Of a stretch of 64,000 bases of DNA, positions 23,771 to 36,544 are shown piece by piece. The position numbers and the translations under genes are program-made. The notes below the pieces were generated by a model, which did not search any database, was not told the origin of the DNA, and saw nothing but the letters and a program-made list of their open reading frames with translations. Each line of letters opens with the position of its first letter. The first letter of the stretch is position 1. Source of the stretch: Felis catus (taxonomy: Eukaryota); assembly GCF_018350175.1 (NCBI RefSeq), contig NC_058378.1, forward strand, positions 48,608,001 to 48,672,000, in the 5' to 3' direction.

Positions 23771-24461
23771 AATTCGAAAGATGCCTGTCTCTGATCAGAT
23801 TGTTTTGTACCTTGGCTGCCAAGGTGGATACAAGAACTTACCTCGGTGATAAAATTGCATTGAACTGAACACTCCCTTTCCAGACACACATGGGTACAAA
23901 TAAAATAGCAATCTGAGTAAGATTGGTATATTGTGTCCATGTTAATATCATAATTTCAATATCACCCCATGATTTTGCAAGATGTTAATCACTGGAGAGA
24001 ATTGGGTGAAGAATATACAGCATCTGTCTGGGTTATTTCTCACAACTGCATGTGGATCTATAAAGATCTCAAAATAAAATGTTAATTAAAAATAAATCGT
24101 TAGCAGAACGAAGGACCCTGTAATAATGGGCTTTTGAGTATTCAAGACTCAACCCTGAGTTGCGGTTTAATCTCCTCCCGTGAGAACATGGTCACACAAA
24201 ATGAGGGCTCCAATATCAAGGAAGAAAGGAGGTTGGACATTGGGTGGGCAACCAAAGGTACCTGCTGTAACTCATTTCCATTTCTTTTATTCTTCCTAGG
24301 TTTATCCCATCTTTTCTCAGACTAAGTGAATCCGGTTGTCAATTGGATATGCCCATCTGAATAGACAAATATTTCAAGTTTAAGATGTTATTAATGGAAT
24401 CCCTCTTCCTCCCCAAATTGTCCTTCCCATCTGCTTTTCTCTAAATTAACTGGTGGCATCA

Positions 24462-24666
24462 GGGGCGCCAGGGTGGCTCAGTCGGTTAAGTGCCCGACTT
24501 TTGACCTCAGCTCAGGTCATGATCTCACGGTTCGTGAGATGGAGCCCCAGACTGGGTCCTGTGCAGAGTGTGCTTGGGATTCTCTGTCTCCTGCTCTCTC
24601 TGCCCCTCCCCCACTCGCTCTGTCTTTGTCTCTCTCATAATAAATAAACTTAAACCAATTATTTAG
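24462..24666 (+). mobile_element. carnivore SINE inserted in an L2 remnant
   Basis: perfect TSD TTAACTGGTGGCATC 24446-24460 / 24667-24681. Confidence 0.96.
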
Positions 24667-24975
24667 TTAACTGGTGGCATCGGCTCGCCTTTGTCACCTC
24701 CTCTAGGGAATGTTTCCTTCTGTATGCCTCCTCTTAGGCTCTAATCTACCATCCCCCTGTGCCTCACATTCTTCCTCACACTTCTAAACCATCTGTCACT
24801 CCCTGACCATGTCTTACTTCTCTCTCAGATCTTAGCCAGGGTGTAATTCCTTCCTGCTATGCTTGAGAGATGTGTGCCACCATTTTCTATCAGCATACCC
24901 TGTATATCCTGGCAAAGGTGCTACCTCTTTTCATTTCACTCATCTGTTTCTTCTCTAGACTGTAGGTTCCAAAGC

Positions 24976-25154
24976 CAATAGTCTCAGACTCAGCTACACA
25001 GAGGAATCACCGGGAGAGCTTTAAAAAGCCGTCATGTCTTGGCCTGCCACCAGATTTTTCTCTGGCTTAAGTTGTCTCATGAGTAGCCTGGGCATTGGAA
25101 TAGTTGAAAGCTCCCCTGGTGATTCCTCTGTGTAGCCGATTTTGAGAAGCACTG
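24976..25154. mobile_element. MER5-like hAT DNA transposon
   Basis: GGAATCACCGGGAGAGCTTTAAAAA...GCCTGGGCATTGG...AAAGCTCCCCTGGTGATTC...TTGAGAAGCACTG. Confidence 0.8.
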
Positions 25155-26141
25155 TTCTAAAGCTTCCAAGCCTACCTGTCCACCATTGTAGTCCTACCTA
25201 CAAAACGGAACTGCACACACAGGAAGTCCACAGATCATCATAAAGTCACGCATCGCCTGAACGGGGCAAGAAGTGACGTAGATCACGATCTCCTTGGAAG
25301 TCCTTAGGTCCCAGGGTCTGTGAACCTCCTGAGATATAGGATGACTTACCTCTGAAGAGGAGTGGACCTCACCACCCTTGTGGATGCAGCCAGACCCCTG
25401 TGGGAGCTTGGCCACACTCTTCTTCTCCCCGCACTCTGGCCTGAGAAACCTGCATCCCAGGGCAGAGGCCCCTGCATGCTGGGCTGACTGGCACGCCTTT
25501 CTTTCATGCCCTGAAACACAGCAGACTAAGCCACCCGACGTTGGGTTTGGCAACGTTAAACTTTTTGTTTCGGGGCACGAGCCAGGACGTGAGATTCGGT
25601 GACTTGCAAATGGAATCTACATTCGACAGATGTCAGCGTATGTGTTTGTAGTCCAGCGGCCGTGTCACTTGCTGCCTGCTGTGCGACGAGGCAGCAGAAC
25701 AAAAGCCCTGCTGCTGAAGACAATCAAGTCACAAATAACTGGAAAGACACGCACAGCTTCTTTCGGTTCCAGCCTCAGTCACTCCAGGCAGATGTTCGTA
25801 TTGTCTCAAGTTCTTCAGAAAGAGCTTTCAAAGACGCAGACCGGAAGGTCAGCTTATTTCCTCCCACCGAAATGAGCTGAAATGTATTTTCTGGATGGAC
25901 GGAGTTGAGATCATTTGACAGGGAGCCCAGAATAGCAGATTTTTAGGACTCAGAACCATTACTTAGCCCGGTGACCTCATTCCACGTCTAAGGATACTTA
26001 TAAAGAGAGGAGCTAAATGTTCAAGGTTCAGGGTTAAATGCCTATTTCCTGGCAGAAGCAGGAACAGAAGCCACAATGACTGGAATAGAATTAAAGACGT
26101 GACTTCAAGCTCTTAGCACTTTTCAACAAATAAATGACCGC

Positions 26142-26750
26142 CATTCATTTATCCATGCGTTCAAAAGCATTCATTGAACACCTACTATAAACTACATATA
26201 AACAACAAGGCACCAGGGATTCAGAGATGCCAAGTGGAATCCCGCCCTTAAGGAGGAGGAGAAAAAAGCATAAACTGGAAATAAAACAGAGTGGTCATGG
26301 TGTGATTGTGGCAAGCATATGGTACTACTGAGGCCTTGGTGGAGAGACCCCTAAGTCAGGGGTGGAGATGGGGGAAGAGAAGCCAGAAAATCTGGCTGAA
26401 ATGACCTGAGGAATGTGCAGAAATAGAGGAAATGAAACGTGTGAACGGTTAGGGCTTATGAGAGGGAAAGGCATGAAACAAACAAAAAAGCATAGATGAA
26501 TCACTTTATAACGTGTAAGTGGAGAAAACATTACTAACTATATATAATTCAAAATCCAAAAGCACGAGAATATTGCTAAGTCTGACTGCATTATCCTTTA
26601 CAAAAACAAGAAACAACATCATAAGCAAGGCAAAAAGACAAGATACGCCGGGGAAGAGACAACTGGGACAGTGTAGGTGCTAGGCACCGGGCCTGGTCAA
26701 AAGCTCGGATTTATTCTTAAAGCGATGAGAAGCCATTGAAGGTCCACAGG
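26142..26750 (-). mobile_element. L2 3' fragments (with a short embedded L1-like piece at about 26500-26665)
   Basis: CATTCATTTATCCATGCGTTCAAAAGCATTCATTGAACACCTACTAT; GGATTTATTCTTAAAGCGATGAGAAGCCATTGAAGG. Confidence 0.7.
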
Positions 26751-26779
26751 CACTGAAGTCAGCTCACAACCAAACCTAG

Positions 26780-26950
26780 GTTTTCAGACTCTTCAGCATT
26801 TTATGGGCGTCTCACCTGAGCAGCACCAGCAACCCATTAGACTCACTTGTAGAATTTCAATGCAAACATTCCTTATGCCTGGGCCCTAACTTCCAGAAAC
26901 TCTGGCTTCCTTGGTCTGGAGTGAGCCCCCAGGCTTCATGCTTTCTGTTT
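26780..26950. mobile_element. MER5-like fragment
   Basis: AGCAGCACCAGCAACC...CCTGGGCCCTAACTTCCAGAAACTCTG...GGTCTGGAGTGAGCCC. Confidence 0.45.
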
Positions 26951-27984
26951 TTATCGTTGCCGGCTAGGTGATCTTAACATGGACCCAAGATGAAAACCCC
27001 TCACCAGCTGAGTTTTCAGCAGCCTTCCAAGTGTTCTTTGCCTTCGGGGATGTTTCAGATAGCTTGCCTGTCTTTTCTTTTAAATCTTTTTGCATCCTAG
27101 CAAAGAGGGGATCAAGGTGGCCACACTCCCAGCTACCTGCCCAGGGGGTCATTGTAACACAAAGTCCCTGCTTCCTTATACACCCAGTATTCTCAGTTTG
27201 GTCCACTTGGCCCAGAGGACCAGGAGGTTGGTGTTGGCAGATAACAGAGAGGGGTTAACATTTCAGAAGCAGAAATAATGAGGTCAGGGAGACTCCCCAT
27301 ACCTACTGCAGGGAGAAGAGGTGCCTTCTTTTTGTCTCTAGAACCTCAACTTCCATCTTGATGGAAAGAACTTTCCCGAATGGTGCTTTTAAAACTCTCT
27401 CTTTGGAGGTAAAGTATCTGTAGATTTTACTCTGAAGGGAAGGTGGGAGGAATCGGAATTCTGTAATGTATCTTCCAGTTTCTATGGCTGGAAGAGTTCT
27501 AGGACCAGGAAGTGATGGGAAAAAGAGCTCCTGGGCTCTGGCCCTCTCATCCCCTGCTGGGCCACTCCTGTGGGCACACTCCTGGCTCCTCACCCTGCCC
27601 CCAAGCTTGTGGTGTGCTCCACCTTCCCTGAGCTCCAGCCTATGAACATGACATGCCTTGAGGATGCACACAGGACTCCTGTGCTCAGCAGTCCTGCTTT
27701 CCCTAGGCACATCTGATCCTTCCTTTCCAGGGATAGTCCCGACTGATGGCTTCACAGCAGGCAGCTTTGAGTTATCCTTGAGACAGTCGAACACATCTAG
27801 GTGGCTCATGACAAGTAGTCTCCAGCAAGAGTTAGGTTCCCTTTCTTCCCCCTCCATCACTGCCCACGCTCAGTCATGACCAAGTCCTATATAGTCTAGT
27901 CCCCAAGTAGCTCCCCAAACCATTCCACTCTCTCCATCTCCTTTGCAGGTAACTGAAAAGGTGGAAATGCACAGTGAGAGGAGC

Positions 27985-28170
27985 TGAGCTGGGTTTGAGT
28001 TCTGGTTGCTCAGTCTACTGATCTGATTGTGGGCAAGGGACTCGTCCTCTCTGGGCATCAGATTTCTCTCTTCGGTGTGAAAAAAAACCCCAGACCAAAC
28101 GTAACATCCCCTATAGATGAGATATAACTTCCAGAACCCCCAGCACATGCCCTAGGTCCCAGCCACACAG
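27985..28170 (+). mobile_element. MIR fragment
   Basis: GGGTTTGAGTTCTGG...TGTGGGCAAGGGACTCGTCCTCTCTGGGCATCAG. Confidence 0.6.
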
Positions 28171-28219
28171 CGGCATTCACTGCTGTCCATCAGACCAGAT
28201 CCTCAGTCCTCCCAACTTT

Positions 28220-28400
28220 GCCCGCATTAAAGTCCTTCCCTCCCTGTGGTCTATTATTTCTGTAATGATTTAGGTACATGTCAAAGTCCCCCTGGGATGA
28301 GTGAACCTCTCAGGGAAGGGATTTTCCTTATTTATTGGTGTACCAGCGGATGTAGCCTAGAACCTGTTGGGTGATAGGTGCATTTAATAAATGGTGTTAT
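28220..28400 (+). mobile_element. L2 3' end
   Basis: ends CCTAGAACCTGTTGGGTGATAGGTGCATTTAATAAATGGTGTT, resembling the L2 terminus. Confidence 0.5.
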
Positions 28401-29569
28401 CAATGGTGCATTGTAATATAATATTACAGAGTATTATCAAAGTAGCTTCACATGAACGTCACTTCAGTCAATATTTAAATTTATTGAATCTGTCATAGGG
28501 TGCTCCGGAAATAAAGGTCTCTGATATTTCGAAGGACTCTCATAACTTAAGTGTGCCACCCCAAGAGTAAACTTCCAGAATAAGATAAACATTAACTCAG
28601 CTTTCTAACACTTATAGCTGTCTTTCCGTGGTTCTTTTAGGAAGGCATAAATTCCGTTTCTGGAGAGGGATTGAGCAGAAGCTGGACAAGGAGTGAGGAA
28701 TGGCAGTCGCTGAAGAGGTGAGTGCAGAGGATGAAGGGTAGTTAAAGGTCTTCAAGGTCACTTCCTTCCACCTCTGAGACCCATTAACTCGACACTACCT
28801 CGTTCTCATAGTGGCTCCAAGAAAATTGAACCCAGATTCACAGGAGAGTGACTTCAAAAGCAGGAGCTCCCACTTGGGATGAAATCCAGGGCAAGACCTT
28901 GATGTTCCTGTGAATTCACCTTGTCTTACCTCAATTTCAGCCCTGGCCTGATGCTGTCCGTTTGTGTCAGGCCATCCAAGTGACTATTACATGGGCAAAG
29001 ACCTTTAAGGATGGCCCTCTTTCCCACCTGCCTATTTCCATGAAGGATGCCCTACCGATTGGCTGTGCTCCCTAATCTTTGTCCATTGGGTTTTCCAGTC
29101 TCAAGGCAGGAGCACTCTGTAACCTTGTCTAGAGCTCATGACCATCTTCACAGCAGAAACTGAGGTAGGCTGGTGAAAGACAAACCCAAACAAGCCCTAG
29201 ATTGCCCACATCTCCTTCATGGAGGATGAGTTGCAAGAGCACAGTGAACTTCCTCCTGCTGGAAAAGCTAGAAGACCTCACTCAACCTGGTCTGCGCCCT
29301 CCACTGCACCAAGGCTCTGTGCATTGAGGCAGGCCCAGGTCAGGGCCTCCCCTATAATGTCCTCACCTCCTGACTGCAGACAGGATCCACCTGCCTTATA
29401 CTTACAAGTCTTGCTGCCTAGACTACACTCATAGTCCCCTTCCTTCCCCTCCATTAAGCCCACTGCCATCAGCTTCTGCCTACCAGTCCTTAGAAGTTCT
29501 GCCCGCCAAAATCACCAGTGCCGTCCTCATCACCAAATTCACAGCCTTCTCTCAGTTTCTACGGCGGAT

Positions 29570-29935
29570 GCGGACCGCCTCCTCACACTCAGTTACTCTG
29601 CTTCCTGAGCACACGACTGCACTGTAGTTCTGTGGTCATGAGACAGTTCTGGCTAGTGAAGCAAGCATCACTTCCAGACACGTGACTCCCAAATGTGACC
29701 TCCCAGAGCTCTTCCTTCCGCTGGCTTGCTACAGACTAAAGTAATATCCTTGAAATCCAGGTGTTGAATGGGGGCAGAGTGCAAGAGGAGGGTACAAGAT
29801 CAGAGGAGCCTGAGTCCCTGAATGGTCACCTGGAGGCGTGCACCAACTGCCCACATTTTAGACTTTCTATGAACAAGAAATGAGCTTTGTGTTCAGGTCC
29901 CAAAATTTGGGGGGTTATCCACTATTTCACATACT
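29570..29935 (+). mobile_element. MLT1 (MaLR) solo LTR
   Basis: TGTGGTCATGAGACAGTTCTGGC...CATCACTTCCAG...GGAGCCTGAGTCCCTGAATG...GACTTTCTATGAACAAGAAAT. Confidence 0.7.
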
Positions 29936-30286
29936 GTCAAAGTTTCGTTCCTTGTGGGCTTCTGTGCCATCTGATACTCTTGATTCAAATCATTGTGCTT
30001 GGCTCCCTGATCCTAAATTTTACCTTCTCAGCCAAGGTCAGTCTCCCCTGGGCACTACCCCTCCCCAGCACTAAGCAGCATTGGTCCCTAAAGAGGGCTG
30101 GGGGACCCCCTGGTGAGCAGCACAGCATTGTGGCTAACCTGGCTCAGTGCGAGTCCCTGATGATGTCCACTGCCTACACCAATGGCAATAAGCTTGGTTG
30201 CCTTGGACATTTGACATAAATGGAAAACCTGAAGTCCCCGTGTGGGGAATCTGGAGGCAGATTTATTTGGTTATTCTAATGTCATC

Positions 30287-30490
30287 TTTTTAAGTTTATT
30301 TATTTACTTACTTTGAGAGAGAGAGAGAGAGACCCAGTGGGGGAGGGGTAGAGAGAGGAGAACAAAAGATCCGAAGTGGGCCCTGTGCTGACAGCAGAAA
30401 GCCCCATGCGAGACTTGAACTCACAAACCGTGAGATCATGGCCTGAGCCCAAGTCCGACTGCTCAACTGACTGAGCCACCCAGGTGCCCC
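30287..30490 (-). mobile_element. carnivore SINE
   Basis: body ends CACCCAGGTGCCCC; TSD AATGTCATCTTTT / AATGTCACTTTTT. Confidence 0.95.
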
Positions 30491-33159
30491 TCGAATGTCA
30501 CTTTTTAGGGCCAGAAAGCGACTGGGTGTTGGACCCCTAATAAATGGCAATTCGAGATTTGGATATGGGGGATGGGACTACGCGTGGTTTCTCTTTGATA
30601 AGGCAATGGAGTTCCAACAGGAATACATGTTTATGGAGAATAACGGATCATGTCCCTTCTGAATTGTTACATCCTTGTTCTGAGCATGTGCTTTGAAGAG
30701 GAGGGGTTGCTGGGATGGTAGACTCCTAAGTTATGGCTCAGATGTGGTGTAGCTTCTCACAGAGCCCATGGCCCTGTCCCACTTGAACTGCGCCTGGGGC
30801 AGGCCAGTCTCACGTATCCCAGAGGGGGTCCAGGAATGTCACAGTTCTCGGTGTTTTCAACTCTCTAAGGAGCCTTGGCCAGAATCTTAGCTCTGGGCAA
30901 CAGGGGGCCAGCCTGTCACAAACACGGCACCCCCGTTAGCACCCACAGAGGCCCGGCAATGCTCTGTCCTGAGGGAGCCCAGACCTGCGTGAAACACGGG
31001 GCCGAAGGCTAGAAGTCAGCAGCCCCACGCCAGCACACGCCCCAGCGATGCCCCCAAGACAGCAGCGCGGAGAGCTTCTGGGGTTACAGACCATGGACCA
31101 ACATCAGAAGGGCTCCTACAAGCCTCTTCCGAGCCATGTAGGCATCTGGAAAGAATTGCGGTCTGGGCTTGGAAACCATGTTGAGAATGACATTTTCCTA
31201 TAATATCCCCATTTTAAAGAGGCACGCCATGGCAGCTCTGAGTCTGATTTCGAGGTCTAAAATCTGTTCAAATTTACATTGACTTGGGAAGAAGGGGAAA
31301 AAATATATTGTGGGAGGGAGCAACCAGTGCTGGGAGGTACAGCCTGTCCCCAGGCACTGTCAGAAGGCAGGCACAGCACACGCTCCAGGCCTCCCTGGAA
31401 GAGGGACAGGACTTTGGCAGGGCTCCTGAAGGGGGCGCCTGCTGGAGCCCAGTCCCCCTGTATTTGTACACAAACGCGGGCTGTCTTCTCTCCCTCCTTC
31501 ACTGAAGGGGCCTTGCTCCTGTTTCCTTTCCCATCCCAAGCAGAAGCCAAGGAAGCAGCAGTTCTGTAATCAGAGAAGCTGACATCCCTAAGGAATGGGT
31601 GTTACCAGAAAGAAAGCCCTACTGGGGAAAGACTACACATTCATGGGACGTTCGGAAGGCAGTGCTAGGTGAGGGTTCTTACTTTTCCCAATAAATTACC
31701 CGTCATTCTGTAGAGCCCCCCAGGGTGAGTGGCCGAGAATCACTTCTCTCTGGTCCCTCTCTGTGGTTATGTCCCCTCCCTCAATGGGAGGGAAAGCCCT
31801 CTGAGTCTCTCGTCTCCCCACAGATCAGGGTTGGCTAGGGCTCCTTCCCACTGAGCTGTAGGTGAGAATGAATTCAGAACGAATGCTCTACAGGAAGGAA
31901 AGTAAGCCTTCTCTGTTCACTAACAAGGCTCCCTCTGTACCTTGTGGACGTGGTTTAAAGCTCATGGTTTCTATCTCTAATCTCCCTCCATTTTGCCAAA
32001 GGACAGCCATAGGGAGGGGAGAAGTGACTCTGCCAATGTTCCCCAGGGCAGTGCTGTTAACTGCATCCCCACCCTAGGGGAGAAGGGGTGGCCTCCCCAA
32101 GCCCACAGTGCACACCCTTCTCCTCAATGCCCTGTCAGCTCTGGAGCAGGCCGTCTGGAGCTTTCTGACTTCCTTGTCCCGACGTGGAGATTTTCACCCC
32201 CCACCCCCACCTCACATGCACCTGCGCGCATGCGCACACCCCGGTGGTGGGCACCCCTGCTCCTTTCTCAGGTCTGCAGTCCGAGGTTCGTTTTGAATAT
32301 GTGTCTGGGGCCTAGACTTTGGCCGCTAAGATCTGCGGAAGAAAATATAACATTTGTGCCAATTGGGTGGCGGATACAACCTCAGGCTCCATGTCACCAA
32401 ATCCTTACTTCCAGATGTCTTTACCCTCTTTGTGCTCATTTTGCATCTCCTGGGAGGGAAGTGCAGACAGCTCTTTGGCCCCAGTTGGTGCACGTATAGA
32501 GTATCCAGGCCCGGTTGTCAAAGTTGGCACTGCAGGGTGGGTTTAGTTCCCCCTTTGCCAGTCCTCTGATGGCTGAGCTATGCTTCTGAGCATTGTCTTT
32601 ATGGCTCTGGTTGTGGCCCGGCTGCACCCAACACACTGTTGAGGGTTCTGATGGGGCTGTGACAAGACGTGACACACTTTGACACGGACTGTGTCTAACT
32701 GATGCTTCTAAATTTTGTAGCAATACCCCTGTCAGGCCCCAGCTGTTTGTTGCCATTGTCCCTCAGTGTCAAGGTGGTGGGCTTGAATTGGGGAATTGGA
32801 GCCACCCTCCACTATATATATTTTTTTCTTTCTGATTCTCAATAGCGTTAATGTTCTCTTCTTCTACCAAGGTAACTGAAATGAAAAATGAAACCCAGGT
32901 GTCCTTAGCATCGTCTAGCCAACCAACGTTTGCTCTGGAGATTGGCTGAAAGCCATCTTTCAGAGTTTGGTCTCCCGGATCTTCTGGAGAAAATACTCTT
33001 TACAGTGAAGGAACCTTTCCCTTGACAATATGGAAAGCGTCTTCCAACATACTATGGGACATTCTTTGATATTTATGTGCATTTTATCCCCCACTTTTCT
33101 ACCTGTGAAGGTTTGATGTAGAGAAGAAAACCTCACCCAGCTCATAAATATAGATTTGA

Positions 33160-33372
33160 GGGGCGCCTGGGTGGCTCAGTCGGTTAAGCGGCCCACTTCG
33201 GCTCAGGTCATGATCTCGCGGTCCGTGAGTTTGAGCCCCGCGTCGGGCTCTGTGCTGACAGCTCAGAGCCTGGAGCCTGTTTCAGATTCGGTGTCTCCCT
33301 CTCTCTGACCCTCCCCCGTTCATGTTCTGTCTCTCTCTGTCTCAAAAATAAATAAACGTTAAAAAACAAAAA

Positions 33373-33403
<31 letters not shown>
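33160..33403 (+). mobile_element. felid SINEC with (TAAA)n tail
   Basis: GGGGCGCCTGGGTGGCTCAGTCGGTTAAGCG..., CpG-rich; TSD AGATTTGA 33152-33159 / 33404-33411. Confidence 0.97.
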
Positions 33404-33550
33404 AGATTTGAATCAGAGCTCTTCCACTTACTAGGTCAATGACTTTGGGAAAACCAATCAACTTCTCCGATTGTCAGTGTACCCATCTATAACATGGAGT
33501 GGGTAATACCCACCCCATGGGGGTTTCTGAGAATTAGACAAAATAGGTGA
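33404..33550 (+). mobile_element. MIR (SINE target site)
   Basis: TTTGAATCAGAGCTCTTCCACTTACTAGGTCAATGACTTTGGGAAAA...CCCATCTATAACATGG. Confidence 0.75.
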
Positions 33551-34379
33551 TGGGGACATTCAGGTTTCAGGAATCCACAGTGCAAATTAGGTCACGTTGT
33601 CCTTGATGCCATAAATTTTGAGAGCTCTGAGTTGTTGTCATCAGTTCCTATGGGACCTCAGTGCCCCTAATGTTCCCACCTTGAGTGTCCTTGGAGTGGG
33701 CTTAGGGCTGCTCATCTCTTCTCAGAAGACTTCACCTCCAGCCTTCTTGAATCTGTGCCCTCTTACCTTCCTCAGCAGTCCTGGGGGCAGACCATGCCCT
33801 CCTTCTACTTCTCTGTTTCTAGTATTCTCTTCAGCAACTTGGCAAATGTTTTGGGTGAGTTTGACAACACTGTGCTCAAGATTTGTGAGTAGAAGGAATC
33901 TAATGTGTGAGGAGTGGCTTTGACTCTGTGTGTGCCCTTCTCCGTACCCACTGTTCCAGGCTCACTCTCTATAGGTCCTGTCCAGCATTCACTGTCCACC
34001 CACCATCCGGCCTGCCTTCCTGGACCAGGGATCATATGTGTCCCAATGTCTTGGATATTCCAAGTGCTGCCTGTGAAGGTGCTCTCAAAGTTCACATTTT
34101 GCCTTAGGCCATTCTTCGTTTACATTGTTCCTTCTGCATGAAGTGAACTTCAGGCCATCATGCCCTTCCTATAGTCTCCTGTACTGAGTGTCCTCATCTT
34201 GTCCACATCTGGCAAACATTGAAAAATACTTAACAGTTTTAAAGTGGCATTTCCTGCCCAAATCCTATCTGTTCTATGCTCATTAAAGGAAAACCAAATG
34301 AACAGTAACAAGCAAAGAAAGGTAAACAAAACAAAAGCCATAGCGGCTCAGTCAGGGCACCCTGGGTCGTCTACATGGA

Positions 34380-35320
34380 GTAAACCATGTTGGGAAAATA
34401 TGATCAATTCTTAACTGACTGTGCAGGGGGCTGATTGCCTGTTTAAAAATAATAATAGACCATGCATTTATAGAAAATTGCACATTTCCATCCATCGGAG
34501 GAAACTTCTGGAACTACACAAGAGGCACCATCTTGTGTGTCTTCTGCTCCATCCGAGTGTCAAGGCAGGGAACAAGGCAGGAACAGTGTCAAGGCGGAAA
34601 TGTTAAACAATTGTCAATAAAACATGGTGTTTCATCTCTGTGAGTTAGAACAGCAGATCCCAAACTCAGCCCAGACGGTCAGTCACCTCTTCAATGGGCA
34701 AAGTCCACGCAGTATGGAAGGGGGAAGGTAGAGGCTGTAGCTAGAAAAAATAAAATTGTGAATTTCCTTATTTCACATTCCCGTCAACAATGACAACAGA
34801 ACTAAGTCCGCTGGCAGAAAAGGAGTGAATGAGAAGGCGGGGAGAACTCACAAAACAAGGGTGTGATGAGCCATACCCTTACTCACCAGACCATCTGCGG
34901 GCCTCTTGGAGAGGGAGGACGATAGGCCACCGAATGCCAGATTCATGTTGCGTAGGTTTCATTTTTCACATTGTAAAATAAAGGGTCTTAGCCGCGCAGC
35001 AGAAAACAATAGCAGATTGTTTTAATTGAGTCTCAACTTTTGCCCGTTTTTTTCAGTCCCAACTTGTGATGTTTTGTGTGCTTAAATTGTTGTGCTTTTT
35101 GTTTTTCTTACACTTGAAGATGACATCTGGAGCACAGTCGTTCTATTCTAAATAATTAATTTAGGACTAATATGAAATTAGATTTGAATCATGCTTTGAC
35201 AAGATTTGCTTGATCTCCACAAACACTAATCGCTCCCCCTTGTTGTCTAATTTATGGAAAGCGGATAGAAATAGGCACTTGATGTGCCATTGCTAAAGAA
35301 TGAGCAAAGACCAGAAAATT
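34380..35320. promoter_or_regulatory. candidate conserved non-coding element
   Basis: repeat-free, AT-rich; inverted SOX pair 35003-35023, homeodomain palindromes 35148-35180, GTCAATAAAA and TAATTTATGG; conservation not verified. Confidence 0.4.
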
Positions 35321-36022
35321 CCGCAGGAGCTCAGGAGCCGCTCCCAACCCTAATTCACATCAGTCGAATAGTCAGCAATGTCGCCCTCACCCATATTCTT
35401 TCCCTTTCCCTTGAGCACCCTTGAACTTCATTCACGTTACTCCTGCTCCTTGGAAATGTGTAGGTTGGCAGAGGAAGGGTCTCAGCCACACGGATGTCAG
35501 ATTGACATGAGAAGACCTCTGAGGAGATAGTGCTTCACAGGAAATTTCCATCAGGACACAGGGTGTGTGGCGTGAATGGGGACAACATCCTCAGAGGAAT
35601 GAAAAGTGTTGAGAGGACCACCTCCAAGGAGAAAGTGAAGCATGAAGTCACAGTGAAATAAGTGACTTTAACCACCCACACAAGGGATTGTTCTAAGGGA
35701 AGCTTACTAAATGCCACGATGGAAATAGACATTGGTTTCCATGATCTATCCCCAAGGAAAGTAAACCGAGTGTAAAAATGAACGTGTTCTTTATAAGTCA
35801 TGCCTTAGAGATGCTTTATACCTATTATATCATTTGATCCTTGCAACACTCTGAAAGGTAGGCCATACCCTTTGCATTTTTCTTTTACACAGAAGGCAAA
35901 GATACAAGGAAAATCCCGAGTTTCTCCCTCAGAAAACCCGAGATTGCACCCAGATTTTATCCTTAACTTGATTTATGTCTCTACACCTTTCCAAGTCACT
36001 GATTTTGAAATGAAAGTTTTGA

Positions 36023-36245
36023 GGGGTGCCTGGATGGCTCAGTCAGTTAAACGTCTGACTTGGGCTCAGGTCGTGATCCCACAGTTCGTGGGTTTGAGCC
36101 CTGCATCGGGGTCCGTGTTGACAGCTCAGAACCTGGAGCCTGCTTCGGATTCTATGTCTCCCTCTCTCTCTGCCCCTTCCCCACTTTCTTTCTCTCTCTC
36201 TCTCTCTCAAAATAAATAAACTTTGACAAAAATTGAAAAAATTTA
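36023..36245 (+). mobile_element. felid-type SINEC
   Basis: TSD TGAAATGAAAGTTTTGA 36006-36022 / TGAAATGAAAGGTTTGA 36246-36262. Confidence 0.96.
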
Positions 36246-36327
36246 TGAAATGAAAGGTTTGATAATGACTTCACTGGGCTGTTGAGGAGTAAGTAAACAA
36301 TTAAAACAATGCCCAGAACTTAATGGA

Positions 36328-36355
36328 ACACACACACACACACACACGCACACAC
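36328..36355. repeat. (CA)n microsatellite
   Basis: direct reading; one CG interruption. Confidence 0.9.
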
Positions 36356-36544
36356 CACAAGGGTAGCTATTATTACAATAGATTTGTGAAAACTGAAGTC
36401 TAGAGGGATAATTTAGCTTGGTCTAGAATATACTGAAAGTAAGTTGCCGATGCAAGAAGTATCTTTATTAAGGCTAAAGTCCAAAACTTTCCCGGTATGT
36501 CAGTTTCAACTACCAAAAAAACAAACAAAAACAAAAAACAAAAC

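Larger units (their letters stand above)
22050..24095 (+). mobile_element. L1MC-type 3' fragment (ORF2 end and 3' UTR), split by MLT2
   Basis: ORF2 C-terminus (HNPAIALLGIYPR); 3' UTR GTGATAAAATTGCATTGAACT...TTTCTCACAACTGCATGTGGATCTA...CTCAAAATAAAATG. Confidence 0.85.

Noticed and set aside
33160-33245. tRNA-like A/B boxes at SINE heads as tRNA genes
   Set aside because: They continue into the SINE body, (CT)n and poly-A with TSDs, so they are tRNA-derived SINEs. The same applies to all copies.
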